This document shows, one piece after another, positions 13,240 through 24,388 of a stretch of DNA of 64,000 bases (the stretch's first letter is position 1; each line of letters opens with the position of its first letter). The notes beneath the pieces are model-generated. The model saw only the letters and a program-made list of their open reading frames with translations, did no database searches and was not told the DNA's origin. Both the position numbers and the translations under genes were made by a program. The DNA is from Mobula hypostoma (lineage: Eukaryota). The stretch is taken from contig NC_086097.1 in assembly GCF_963921235.1 (NCBI RefSeq), positions 232,192,001 to 232,256,000 of the forward strand, given 5' to 3'.

Positions 13240-13742
13240 TCTTTCTGAGGTAAAGTATCCTGCTGGTTGCACCACTGCCTGGCACAGAGGCTCCAATGCA
13301 TGGGATCAAAAGAGGCTGCAGAGGGGTGCGGACTCGACCAGCTCTGGCACATGCACAACCCTCCCCACCATTCAGGACATCATTTCCAGATGGAGGCATC
13401 CATTGTTGAAGTTCCCGACCATCTGGGACATGGTCTCTTCTCATTACTACCATTGGGAATGAAGTACTGGAGGCTGAAGACCAATACACAACATTTTAAC
13501 ATCAGCTCCTTCCCCTCCACCATCAGATTTCTGAATGGTCCATCCACACTAACGCACTATTCATTTTTTGCAGTATTTATCCACCTCTATTTATTTAGCT
13601 TTTTTAAAACTATTTATTGATTTATTATTCACTTATTGATTGTAATTTAAAGTAATTTTTTATCTATTGCAATCTACTGCTGCCACAAAACAACAAATTT
13701 CACAACATACTGTATGTCAGTGATAATAAGTCTGATTCTAAT
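13240..13742 (+). mobile_element. Rex1/Babar-like LINE 3' fragment
   Basis: ASIVEVPDHLGHGLFSLLPLG.KYWRLKTNT..F.ISSFPSTIRFLN followed by the family 3' tail. Confidence 0.75.
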
Positions 13743-13760
13743 TTCTCATTCATCAAATAT

Positions 13761-14765
13761 CACTCGACATCAAAGATTTTGCTTCCTGAATACCTTTAGG
13801 TGTATCTTATGAATTTTGGGCTACTGATCATGAAAATCACCATGAAATTTCCCTATCGCACACCGTTTTTAAAATAAACTTATGTTTATTATTTCAATTC
13901 ATAATTCAAGTCAATTAAAATGTTCCCTACAATGTAAACTGGAAAGTTTCCTATCTTGTTCAGGCATGCTTGGTCACGCTTAGGCGGCGCGGCTGTAGAA
14001 TGGCAGGACAGGTTTCAGTAATAATTATCGGGTTCAGGACTGTAAGAATGGAATTTGCTATCACCAGGCACAAAATTTCTATGAAGTATTTTGAAATTTG
14101 AGACAGATGCTTCTCAGAATAACTAATGCCAAGATTAAGGAAAACATTTCTGTTAGTCCACAAATCAAACAGGTCATCAATGACAGGCAATTTGAAGAAT
14201 TTCTAGTGGGACCGGAGAAAATCACATGGAAGGCATTCAAGGAAGTTGTTGAAATTGTTCTCGGCATCTACAGAGCACCAAACTACATGCAGCTGGTTGA
14301 AAGCATGTTTCAAGAATATAAAACCATGAAATGCAACATGTCACTAAAGATTCATTTTCTGCATTCCCATTTAGACTTCTTCCCTGCAAATCTTGGTGCT
14401 GTTAGTGACGAACATGGTGAAAGGTTTCACCAGGACATTGCGGATATGGAGAAAAGATACCAGGGCAACGGGAATCCATCAATGCTGGCGAATTGTTGTT
14501 GAACACTTAAGCGAGAAGCCTCACACTGAGCACAAATGAAAATCATTAACAAAATACTTTTAACTTAGTTGATCTATTGCAAAACATCAGCACCATTATG
14601 CAATTAAACACATTATAGTCAATAAAAGTTAATTTGTTGTTTCTCCAAATTCCTATGTGATACAAGTAGTCTGAAATTATATTTGTGTTCATCTTCAAGC
14701 AGTCTATCATAAACAAAAAAAAATTCTGAGGAAGCAACACTTTTGTAAAAATTTGTTGTCCAGTG
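13761..14765 (+). mobile_element. Internally deleted Chapaev3 (CMC superfamily) DNA transposon
   Basis: CAC...GTG termini (CACTCGACATCAAA / TTTGTTGTCCAGTG), TAT on both flanks as a 3-bp TSD, and a transposase remnant inside. Confidence 0.8.
14098..14502 (+). pseudogene. Chapaev3 transposase C-terminal remnant
   Basis: CNMSLKIHFLHSHLDFFPANLGAVSDEHGERFHQDI..MEKRYQG, the motif I recall for Chapaev3 transposases; the N-terminal part is missing. Confidence 0.8.
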
Positions 14766-16088
14766 TATTTAATCCCTGAACCAATTAACTCATCACCAAA
14801 CTCTGTCCCATTTTACCTCTTATCTCATGGCCCTGTTTCTGAGCCTAATCGTTATTTTTTCACCGAGGTCATAGGCTGAATCCAAACTAAAACCCCAACC
14901 TGACATTTTTCACTAAAGAGACGCAGCAACCCTGCAAGCTAACAGCATAAAAATACCTACGGGTCTTTTCTTAAATTTCAGTCACACCCAGTAATGATTC
15001 ATGTCCAAAACTGCCCGTTTTGCTTGGTCCAAGTGAATCCGCTTTGTCATGTAGTTACGTCATTCTTCTGCTATTTTGACCGTTCATTGCCTAACTATCT
15101 AATCATATATCAGTTGAATGGCCATTGCAGGATTGTGCATTTACAACTTTGTTTTTGAAGTGCTTTGCAATATTAATAATGTCAAAGGTAAAATATTTCT
15201 CTCAACATTCCAGAGCTAATTTTGTTGATAAATGAAATAAATGAACTCCAATTCCAAAATCTTGTATTACAATTTTTTAATTTAAGAAATTGGACCAAAG
15301 GCCAGCACAGGGGATAGCATAAAGATTGAAAAATGCAGGAAATAAGACATAATAAATTAAAATGTAGTGGTTAGATGTTGCCACATCTTCTCCTAAAAGT
15401 GTTTGATAAATTGAAACTTCAGATTTTGGACAAAAACATGTGTTTATTTGCTATTGAGTTGGTCTTGCTCCTAACAGTAAAAAGGATACTTTGTCTTCTG
15501 GCCAAGTGCTTTCTTTCTGCATGAAATCTAGACGCCCGTTTGCACGGATGGTCCTCTGTGATATGGTGAAGTGAAAATGGACAGAATAGACCCAGCTCTT
15601 CAGATCTGTGAGATAAGTGTTTTAATGAGCACTTCAGATAAGTGCATCTTAGGTACTTCATCTTTTTAAATGTAAACATCTTCAGCAGATTAATTGGACT
15701 TAACATTTGCAAGTTCTCTGAGCAGACTGGCTCATGTCTAAGTGAAAGTGATGATCGCTTACCATCAAGTAAATTATGTCAAAACATTGTAACGACTATG
15801 TGGAAAGTACTATAATCACAGGGCCTCCTTTTCTTCTTTATTTGAAAAGTCTGTGTCTATACATATATAATGGCACTTGTCAGAGGGGCGCTGTGTCATT
15901 GACTTTGCTTGCACCTAGAATTTCCAATGATTTGTTTCAGACCAGCTTGTACTGGACTGGTGATATAAGTTCACATCACCCATATGCTCTATGTTCTACT
16001 ACAGGATTATAGTTGACAGGAAAAAAAAGAAATTATTGCTGATAACACTTGGGGATCTGATGCTTCTCAGAAATTCTCTGGTCTTCCA

Positions 16089-16620
16089 GTGGCCAATCAC
16101 TTTAATTCCAATACCCATTCCTGTTCTGAATGTCAGTCCATGGCCTCCTCTTGTGCCATGATGATGCCACCCTCAGGGTGGAGGAGCAACACTTTATATT
16201 CTGTCTGGGTGACCTCCAACCTGATGGTATGAATGTCGATTTCTCCTTCCACCTCCCCTCTTCTTCTATTCCCCACTCTGGCCTCATACCTCTTTGCACC
16301 TGCTTATCACACGCTCCCCCTGTGTCCCCTCATCCTTCCCTTTCTCCTATGGTCCACTCCCATCAGATTTCTTCCTCTCCAGCCCTTTACCTTTCCTACC
16401 CACCTGGTTTCACCTATCACCTTCTAGCTCTCCTCCTTCCCGTCCCCCCCATCTTTTTATTCTGGTGTCTTCTCCATTCCTCTCCAGTCGTGAAGAAGGG
16501 TGTCGGCTGGAAACGGCAGCTGAATATTCATTTCCATAAATGCTGCCTGACCTGCTGAGTTCCTCAGCATTTTGTATGTGTTACTTTGGATTTCCAGTAT
16601 CTGCAGAATTTCTTGTATTT
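16089..16620 (+). mobile_element. Penelope 3' fragment with pLTR
   Basis: MSVHGLLLCHDDATLRVEEQHFIFCLGDLQPDGMNVDFS matches 51345-51539; decayed hammerhead at ~16484-16521. Confidence 0.85.
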
Positions 16621-16770
16621 ATGATTTACTTTTCAAAAGTTGTTTCCTTGTAATTTTGTGAAGAATATACCTACCAAAATTGATATTTTAAAAGTACATT
16701 GACTTGTCATTGCTTGATGCAGAAGGACCCTGCAAGAGAAAAAGGATCTAATGTTTTCCCAGCATGTATG

Positions 16771-17164
16771 ATGAATAAAGGCTTCCAGCCGGGTACAAAT
16801 ATCAATTTTAATCGACATTTCAGTGACAAACTCCTCCATCTTCATCAGGGATGATACCTGGGCATGTCTAGTCCAGTGGTGTATGTATATATATATATAC
16901 CCCATAGTCCGTCCCTCCTGATTGGTTACCCTCATCCAATCAGGTTTCATCTTTGGTCTCACTCTAAGTAAGAACTGGAAATCAATGTGTACAAGGTGGG
17001 ACAGTGGAAACCTGAATGGATGTGGACTAACCAATCAGAGGGATGGATGACGGGGCTATAAATACCAAGCATTATTCCTGATGAAGATGGCAGAGTTTGT
17101 CATTGAAACATCGGTTAAAATCAATACTTGTACCCAGCTGGAAGCCTGATAAGAATCTATTCAT
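16771..17164. mobile_element. Head-to-head inverted pair of pLTR-like repeats from a second Penelope-like family
   Basis: Imperfect inverted arms (~16771-16948 vs ~17007-17164), each carrying a CCAAT box, a TATA-like box and a hammerhead motif. Confidence 0.7.
17073..17117 (+). ncRNA. Minimal hammerhead ribozyme motif
   Basis: CTGATGA-A-[GATGGCAG agt TTGTCATT]-GAAAC-ATC: core intact, 8-bp stem II with G-U pairs, weak stem I. Confidence 0.6.
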
Positions 17165-17697
17165 TGATGCTGCAAAAGTTTGTGTCATTGCTGTATGTGC
17201 CATCTTTTTAATAGCAGTATTGTGAGAGATTATGAGTGGATGGTAGGCACTTGCAAAAGAGAGAGATTATTAAAACTAGACCAGCCATTGTTATCATGTG
17301 TCACTTATCCTACCCTCCTCCCTTCCTAGTTCCATTTCCCTCCCTACCAGGTTCCACCACTCACCTACCATATATTGGCAATCTATTTTGTAACCTCTCA
17401 GTCCTGATGTAGGGACTTACACCTCACACCTCTTGCCTCTGCAGCTGCTGCTTGACCTGCTGCTTGTTTCCAGCATTCTGCTTTTGATCTAGATTCCAGT
17501 ATCTGCAGTGTTGTTTGTCTTCAATCATTACCATTTCCACACTACAGCCAAGGATGGTAGAAATAAGAATGGGAATGAGCCTCTTGATTTTTGACCACTT
17601 GCCAACAACAGAAGGGTAAAAGGACAACAAAAATAGCAAAAGGGCGTGAAATGACAATACAATTTAATTACATAATATATTGTGATATGTTTAGTTT

Positions 17698-18056
17698 TGG
17701 ATGGCGGGGCAGAGCTACGTCACCACCAAAGGGGGTGTAAGGCACTCCAAGGTGCTCCTTCCCTCCGCCAGACTGCAGGTCACCCTGGGGCAAGGTGTAG
17801 CCCCTGCTGATCAGGGTCACCTGAAACCATTGGAGCAGGTGGAGGAAGGCCATATGAGCAGCCGGTGCACATCACAAGTCCTGGTGAGGCGACTACTGAC
17901 GCCAGGCAGACAACCTCAGGAGAGTATTGATAATGGCTGGAGTGGCCCATCTTGTAAGGACACTGCCCAGAAGAAAGCAATGGCAAAATTTGGCAAGAGG
18001 AATCATAGTCAAAAGACCATGATCACCTACCATATGGCACAGCACATAATTATGAT
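17698..18056 (+). mobile_element. SINE-like element with RTE/BovA-type tail, copy 2
   Basis: Colinear with 2141-2516. Confidence 0.7.
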
Positions 18057-18707
18057 GCTATGTATTTCAATCATAAGTTATTTTATTGATTTAATTACAT
18101 ATTGTGTAAATCTGTCGTGGTCATAAGCATAACAAAGTGCAATTTATGAATTTTAGTCAGATCATTATAAAACAATATACAGGTACCATTAATTTCTTCA
18201 GGGTGCTCTGGTTGTTCCCCCATTCCAAAAAACCTTCTGGGTTGTTGGGTTAGTTGCCATGGTAATGATCCTGTAGTATGTTGATTAATGGTAGAATATG
18301 AGGAACGGGAGTGGGGAATGATTTGATGGAAATGTGGATCAGGGTAGGACTAGTGTAAAACTGGGAGTTTGACGTCAGCTTCTAGCATTGGACCGAGCGG
18401 CCTGTTTCAGTGCTGATTCTCTGTATATGAATTTTAAATGATTTTCTGGTTAATAGTTTGAATGGTTCAAGTTTCACTGTGAAGATGAACTGCAAAATGG
18501 GATTATTGCACTAGAATATACTCCCAGAACAAATGCAAAAGTATTGTTAAATTTTAAATTCACTTGTGTCCTGTCATAAGATAAACATAAGCTTCTGGCA
18601 CTTATCAAATGTTACGTGTTGTACTCCCCTCTTGGACAGAACATTGCAAAAACTGCAGGACATAATCCAAGCTGACATTTTAGTTCAGGGTTGAGGAGAA
18701 TTTAAAG

Positions 18708-19006
18708 TTAAAGATTAGTTGTGTTTCTCGCATGTACAGTGTATCAAAATAGACAGCGAACTGCACCGTTTGTGCCAAATCAAATCAGTGAGGATTGTGT
18801 TGGATGCCTCACAAGTGTCACCATGCTTCCGGTGCTCACAACTTACTAACCCTAACTGGTACGTCTTTGGAATGTGGGAGGAAACCGAAGCACCCGGAGG
18901 AAACCCAGGTGGTTACGGGGAGAACATACAAACTTCTTCCAGACAGCCACGGGAATGGAACCCGGACTGGCGATTGCTGGTGCTGTAATGTGATTGCTCT
19001 AACTGC
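18708..19006 (-). mobile_element. V-SINE-like element
   Basis: Reverse complement of the V-domain: TTTGGAATGTGGGAGGAAACCGAAGCACCCGGAGGAAACCCA. A more decayed copy lies at ~31215-31473. Confidence 0.75.
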
Positions 19007-19755
19007 TGAACTGGAGAGTTGTTATCCTGTTACTCAAAATGGTAACTGTTAAAATGTCCACTCTTGAACTAATGTCATCAAAATTGTCATGTAGTCATCA
19101 TCATTTTTCTGTTTGAGGAATCTCCTGAAAAAGGTTGCTGCACTTCATTAAAAAGTTTTTAAACTTATAAAGCAATTAAATACTTGTAAATCTGCATAGC
19201 AAATTGCTGTCTTTAAAGCTTTATTATTTTCAATTTGGAACTTAACAATTAGAATTGTCCTTCACTGACATCAGTTATAAAGGAATATGAAATAAAAATA
19301 ACTAGGGTTTGGTTCTGTGTATTCCATTTCAAATCCTTTTTGCAGTTGTTACAGATGACATTATTGCAATCACAGGTAACATAAGATCAATAAAATGTAT
19401 CAGAATATCATATTTACAAAAACAATACAACAGTTAAAGAGGAATAAAATAAAAAAGTAAGACTTGTATCAGTGACTTATTTACTCTTAATGTGAACTTT
19501 GTATGTCTATATCTGTTGACAATGATCAAGACCAAATGATGAAAAGGCATTCCAGGCTCCAGACTAGTCAATTGTGCAATACCTCACACAGTCAAAAGAA
19601 GCAATACTTTAAAACATGATGTCAGTATCCCATATCATGTCTGTAATATGAATGACTAGGTGTTCTATTCAACACATCATAGAGGTAAGACTTTTGGTGT
19701 TGAACATCTCTGCCCTGGAATGAGAAATTATGGAAAACCAGCAGGATTCTGAGCA

Positions 19756-20490
19756 GGAGTTGTGTACAGGCCACCTAACAATAGTAGTGAGGTCGGAGAT
19801 GGTATTAAACAGGAAATTAGAAATGTGTGCAATAAAGGGACAGCAGTTATAATGGGTGACTTCAATCTACATGTAGACTGGGTGAACCAAATTGGTAAAG
19901 GTGCTGAGGAAGAGGATTTCTTGGAATGTATGCGGGATGGTTTTTTGAACCAACATGTCGAGGAACCAACTAGAGAGCAGGCTATTCTGGACTGGGTTTT
20001 GAGCAATGAGGAAGGGTTAATTAGCGATCTTGTCGTGAGAGGCCCCTTGGGTAAGAGTGGGCTTGTACTCGTTGGAATTTAGAAGATTGAGGGGGGATCT
20101 GATTGAAACGTATAAGATCCTAAAGGGATTGGACAGGCTAGATGCAGGAAGATTGTTCCCGATGTTGGGGAAGTCCAGAACGAGGGGTCACAGTTTGAGG
20201 ACAGAGGGGAAGCCTTTTAGGACCGAGATTAGGAAAAACTTCTTCACACAGAGATTGGTGAATCTGTGGAATTCTCTGCCACAGGAAACTGTTGAGGCCA
20301 GTTCATTGGCTATGTTTAAGAGGGAGTTAGATATGGTCCTTGTGGCTACGGGGGTCAGGGGGTATGGAGGGAAGGCTGGGGCGGGGTTCTGAGTTGGATG
20401 ATCAGCCATGATCATAATAAATGGCGGTGCAGGCTCGAAGGGCCGAATGGCCTACTCCTGCACCTATTTTCTATGTTTCTATGTTTCTAT
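19756..20490 (+). mobile_element. Young CR1 copy, 5'-truncated and internally deleted
   Basis: APE segment (YRPP..MGDFN..ILDWVLSN..GPLGKS) is fused directly to the C-terminal GLYSLEFRRLRGDLIETYK; (TTTCTATG)3 tail; nearly identical to 24297-27581. Confidence 0.92.
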
Positions 20491-21099
20491 GTTAACTGTG
20501 GACCAGAAAGAGACGTTGTTATTGGCCTCCTCTGGCAGAAGAAAAGTTCAAAGTTCAAAGTAAATTTATTAACAAAGTACCTATATGTCAACCCTGAGAG
20601 TTATTTTCTTGCAGGCAATGACAGTAAATCCAAAAAACACAATAGAATCAGTGAAAGACTGCACCCAGCAGAATGGACAAACAACCAATGTGCAAAAGAC
20701 AAAAAAAAGTGCAAATACAAAGGAAAAACATTTTTATAAATAAATAAGCAACAACGATTGAGAACATGAAATGAAGAGTTCTTGAAAGTGAATCGATAGG
20801 TTGTGGGATAGTGACGGGGCAACTGAAATTGAGTGAAGTCATCCCCGCTGTGCAAGAGCCTGAGCGTTGAGGGGCAGTAACTGTTCCTGATCCTGGGAGA
20901 GCGAGTCCTGAGGCTCCTGCATCTTCTTCCTGATGGCAGCAGTGAGAAGAGAGCATAGCCTGGACGGTGAGGGTGTTCAGTGATGGATGCTGCTTTCCTG
21001 CAACACTGCTCTGTGTAGATGTGTTCAATATTAACTTTGTGTATGCTGATTCATTTCAAGCATAAGTCCGAAAGATGTCGTCAATCCAAGTTAAATTTA

Positions 21100-21928
21100 C
21101 AATAAGGTAACATCATTTCAGGAGATAACCTCGTCGGTAATGCGGAATGTTACCTCAACATATCAATGCAGCTACAAAGAAGGCACGACAGAAGCTATGT
21201 TTCATTAGCAGTTTGAGATTTGGTAGGTCACCAAAGACACTTGAAAATTTCTACAGATATACCATGGAGAGCATTTTAACTGGCTGCATCACTGTCTGGT
21301 ATGGGGTGGGGGAGGGGTTTACTGCCTAGGGTTGAAATAAGCCACAGAGAGTCGTAAACTCAGTCAGCTCCATCATGGGCACAAGCCTCCATCGTATACA
21401 CAAAATATCTGCAGATGCTGTTGTCAAAGGAACACTCACAATGCACTGGAGGAACTCAGCAGGTCAGTCAGCATCAGTGAAAAGATCTTTTCAACTGATG
21501 CTGACTGACCTGCTGAGTTCCTCCAGCGCATTGTGAGTGAGCCTCCATAGTATCCAGGACACCTTCAAGGACTGATGCCTCAGAAAGGCAGCGTCCATCA
21601 TTAAGGACCCCCATCACCTAGGTCAAGCCTTGTTCTCATTACTACCATCAGGAAGGAGTACAGAAGCTTGAAGACACACACTCAGCAACTGAGGAACAGC
21701 TTCTACCCCTCTGTCATTCAATTTCTGAATGGACATTGAACCCATAAACTCTATCTCACTCTCATTACTGTTATATTTCTATTTTCCACAACTTACTTAA
21801 ATTAGTTATTATATATATATAACTGTAGTTCAGTTTCTTTCTATTATTATGTATTTCATTGTACTGTAGCCACAAAGACAACAAATTTCACAACATATGC
21901 CAGTGATATTAAACCTGATTCTGATTCT
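21100..21928 (+). mobile_element. Rex1/Babar-like 3' fragment carrying a 142-bp palindromic insert
   Basis: KKARQKLCFISSLRFGRSPKTLENFYRYTMESILTGCITVWYG followed by the family tail. Confidence 0.8.
21398..21539. mobile_element. 142-bp near-perfect palindromic Penelope-derived mini-element with 14-bp TSD
   Basis: Palindrome 21433-21539 centred on AGATCT; flanks AGCCTCCATCGTAT / AGCCTCCATAGTAT. Confidence 0.85.
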
Positions 21929-24388
21929 ATGGTTTTTTATTAACTAGGGTTATGTAGTTCCAACATATAAATCTTCCCAGGAGCAATCCAAACGATCTAT
22001 CCTGCTGTACTTATCTCTGGATATCATCTCAGTGAGTGCATGTCAGGCATGTAATGAAAGAGTTAAATTATCAGAAAACTTTGTGCTGCCTGGAGTTCAG
22101 AGGCTGGGGAATGATTACAAAATTCTGGAAAAATTTCTACAGATGCACAGTGGAGAGTATCCAGGCTGATTGCATCACTACCCGATATGAAAAGACCAGC
22201 GCTCAGGAATGGAGAAGTCAGCAGAATGTGGTCGGTGCAGCCCCATCCATTACATGGAAAGCCCTGTCCACCACTGAGCACGTCTACTCTTCTCGCTTCT
22301 AACGTGGCACTGGAGTTACAGGAGCCTTGGATCCCACATCACCAGGTTCAGGAACCATTATTACCCTGCAGCCATCACGCTGCTGATCCAACATGAATTA
22401 CTTCAATCTCCTCCACTCTGAACTGATCCCACTCCAGATGCTGGAGGAACTCACCAGGCCAGGCAACGTCCATAGAAAAGTGTTTCCTTCAGCATTTTGT
22501 GTGTGTTGCTTGGATTTCCAACATCTGCAGACTTTCTCTTGTTTGTGACCGGACCACAACCTACAGACTCACTTTCAAGGACGCGACAATTCACTTTCTC
22601 AGTATTATTTATTTACTGAAGTTTTATTTGCACGATCTGTCTTTTGCACATTCATTGCTTGTCAGTTTATAGTTCTCGTAAACTCTATTGTATTTCTTTA
22701 TTTTCCTGTTAGTGCCTGCAAGAAAATGAATCTCAAGCTAAATGACGAATCCTGATGCAGGCTCTGAGCCGGAAACAGCAGCTGTTACTCCTTTCCATAG
22801 ATGCCGCCTGGCTTTCTGAGTTCCTCCAGCATTGTGTGTGTGTTGCAGAGTAAAATCTTCAGCCCTAACTAAGTCAGCTGCAGAAAATACAGACTTATAT
22901 TCACCAGACACAGGAAGCCAAATCAAAATATACATGATTTATTCAATGGCTCTTCACCGACCACTCTGGAACAGCCCATCAACATTGTTACAGAGAGCAG
23001 TTATTGACATCACCCTCTTTAACCCATCAACATGGCTTAAAGAGGTGACAGCCATGAATAACACTTGTCACAGCCCATATTATATTTTCAATTCTCTTCC
23101 CTCTCTGTTTTGAATAAAAGATAAGTAAATTGATTTTGCCACTTTTATGAATTTTACAAAGTTATCGATTGATTCACCAATTTTCGATGGTTCAATTTAA
23201 TATCAGTGAATGTATACCTGAAAGCCTTACTCTTCACAGGCATTCATGAAACAGACAGTTAAAAAAAACAAAGAATGAGTGACAGAGAAACATTAGAACC
23301 CCAAAGCACCTCTCCCCACTTCCATGCACAAACGGCGGCAAAAGCATCAACCCTCCTCCCTCCTCCCTCTTCCCTCTCCCTCCCCCAGCAGGAAGCAGCA
23401 GTCCACACCCACCACCCATCATGCCAGCAATAGCAGATCCTCCAAAGAGACCGTGATGTAGAGTCCACCAAAAAGCTACCGTCTATCCCAACACTTCGAC
23501 GACTCAAACAGTTGCCACACTAGCAAGGGAGAAAGAGATGTTGCTCCTGCCACAGCGAGAGGGGAGGACAACAGCTCGCTGTTTCGATGTTACAATCTGT
23601 GGCGTCACTTATTTCAGTTCTCCCGGCTCAGAACCCTGGAGACTGGGAGGGAGAGAGAGAAAAGTCGCTCGAGTGCAGAAACCCCCAACAGCTGCATCAG
23701 CTGTCTCCATGTTCCGATCTCCCACAATGCTTCAGTTGGTAACAACGACAAAGAATTGGGTTATTCACAGGGATTCACCCTAAAGGCACAAGTCTTCCAA
23801 GCAGCCTCTGGAGATACCAAAATGCTAGGCCGTTCGGCAAATCCTGAGAGTAGGAACCGATCACCCAAGAAGAACGCAGTTTGAGCACATTTGTAGATCA
23901 CAGACTCCAACAGGACCCCAGCCACCTTGAAAAGAAAAGAAATGACAGGAGGTTTAAACTGTTTTGCGGACTAACGGGAAAAAGTCACCCAGGTCTGCAG
24001 AAACCTTTAGCTCCTCCCACTCCTCACCAAAACAGTTTTCTGTGGTCTTCCAGACAGTTTTGATGGATTTTGGCAGACTGCTGATCAACTATCCATCTCA
24101 GAACCGTGGCTCTCATTAGAAGTTTGATCTTGCAGCCACCTTCACTGTTCTCCCAGATACCATGTGCTAAGCATTCAAGACTCTAAACTCGAGAATTTTT
24201 ATTGTCATTCTTCACTACGCTAGTGTAAAAGAGAGTGAAATGATTGTTGCACCAGATCTGAAGTAGCATTAAAAAAATCACAGAAAGGATATAGATACAT
24301 AGAAACATAGAAAATAGGTGCAGGAGTAGGCCATTCGGCCCTTCGAGCCTGCACCGCCATTTATTATGATCATGGCTGATCATCCAAC

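Noticed and set aside
15875..15897. CTCF site (CAGAGGGGCGCTG); similar at ~35380
   Set aside because: Spacing is one base off the core consensus.
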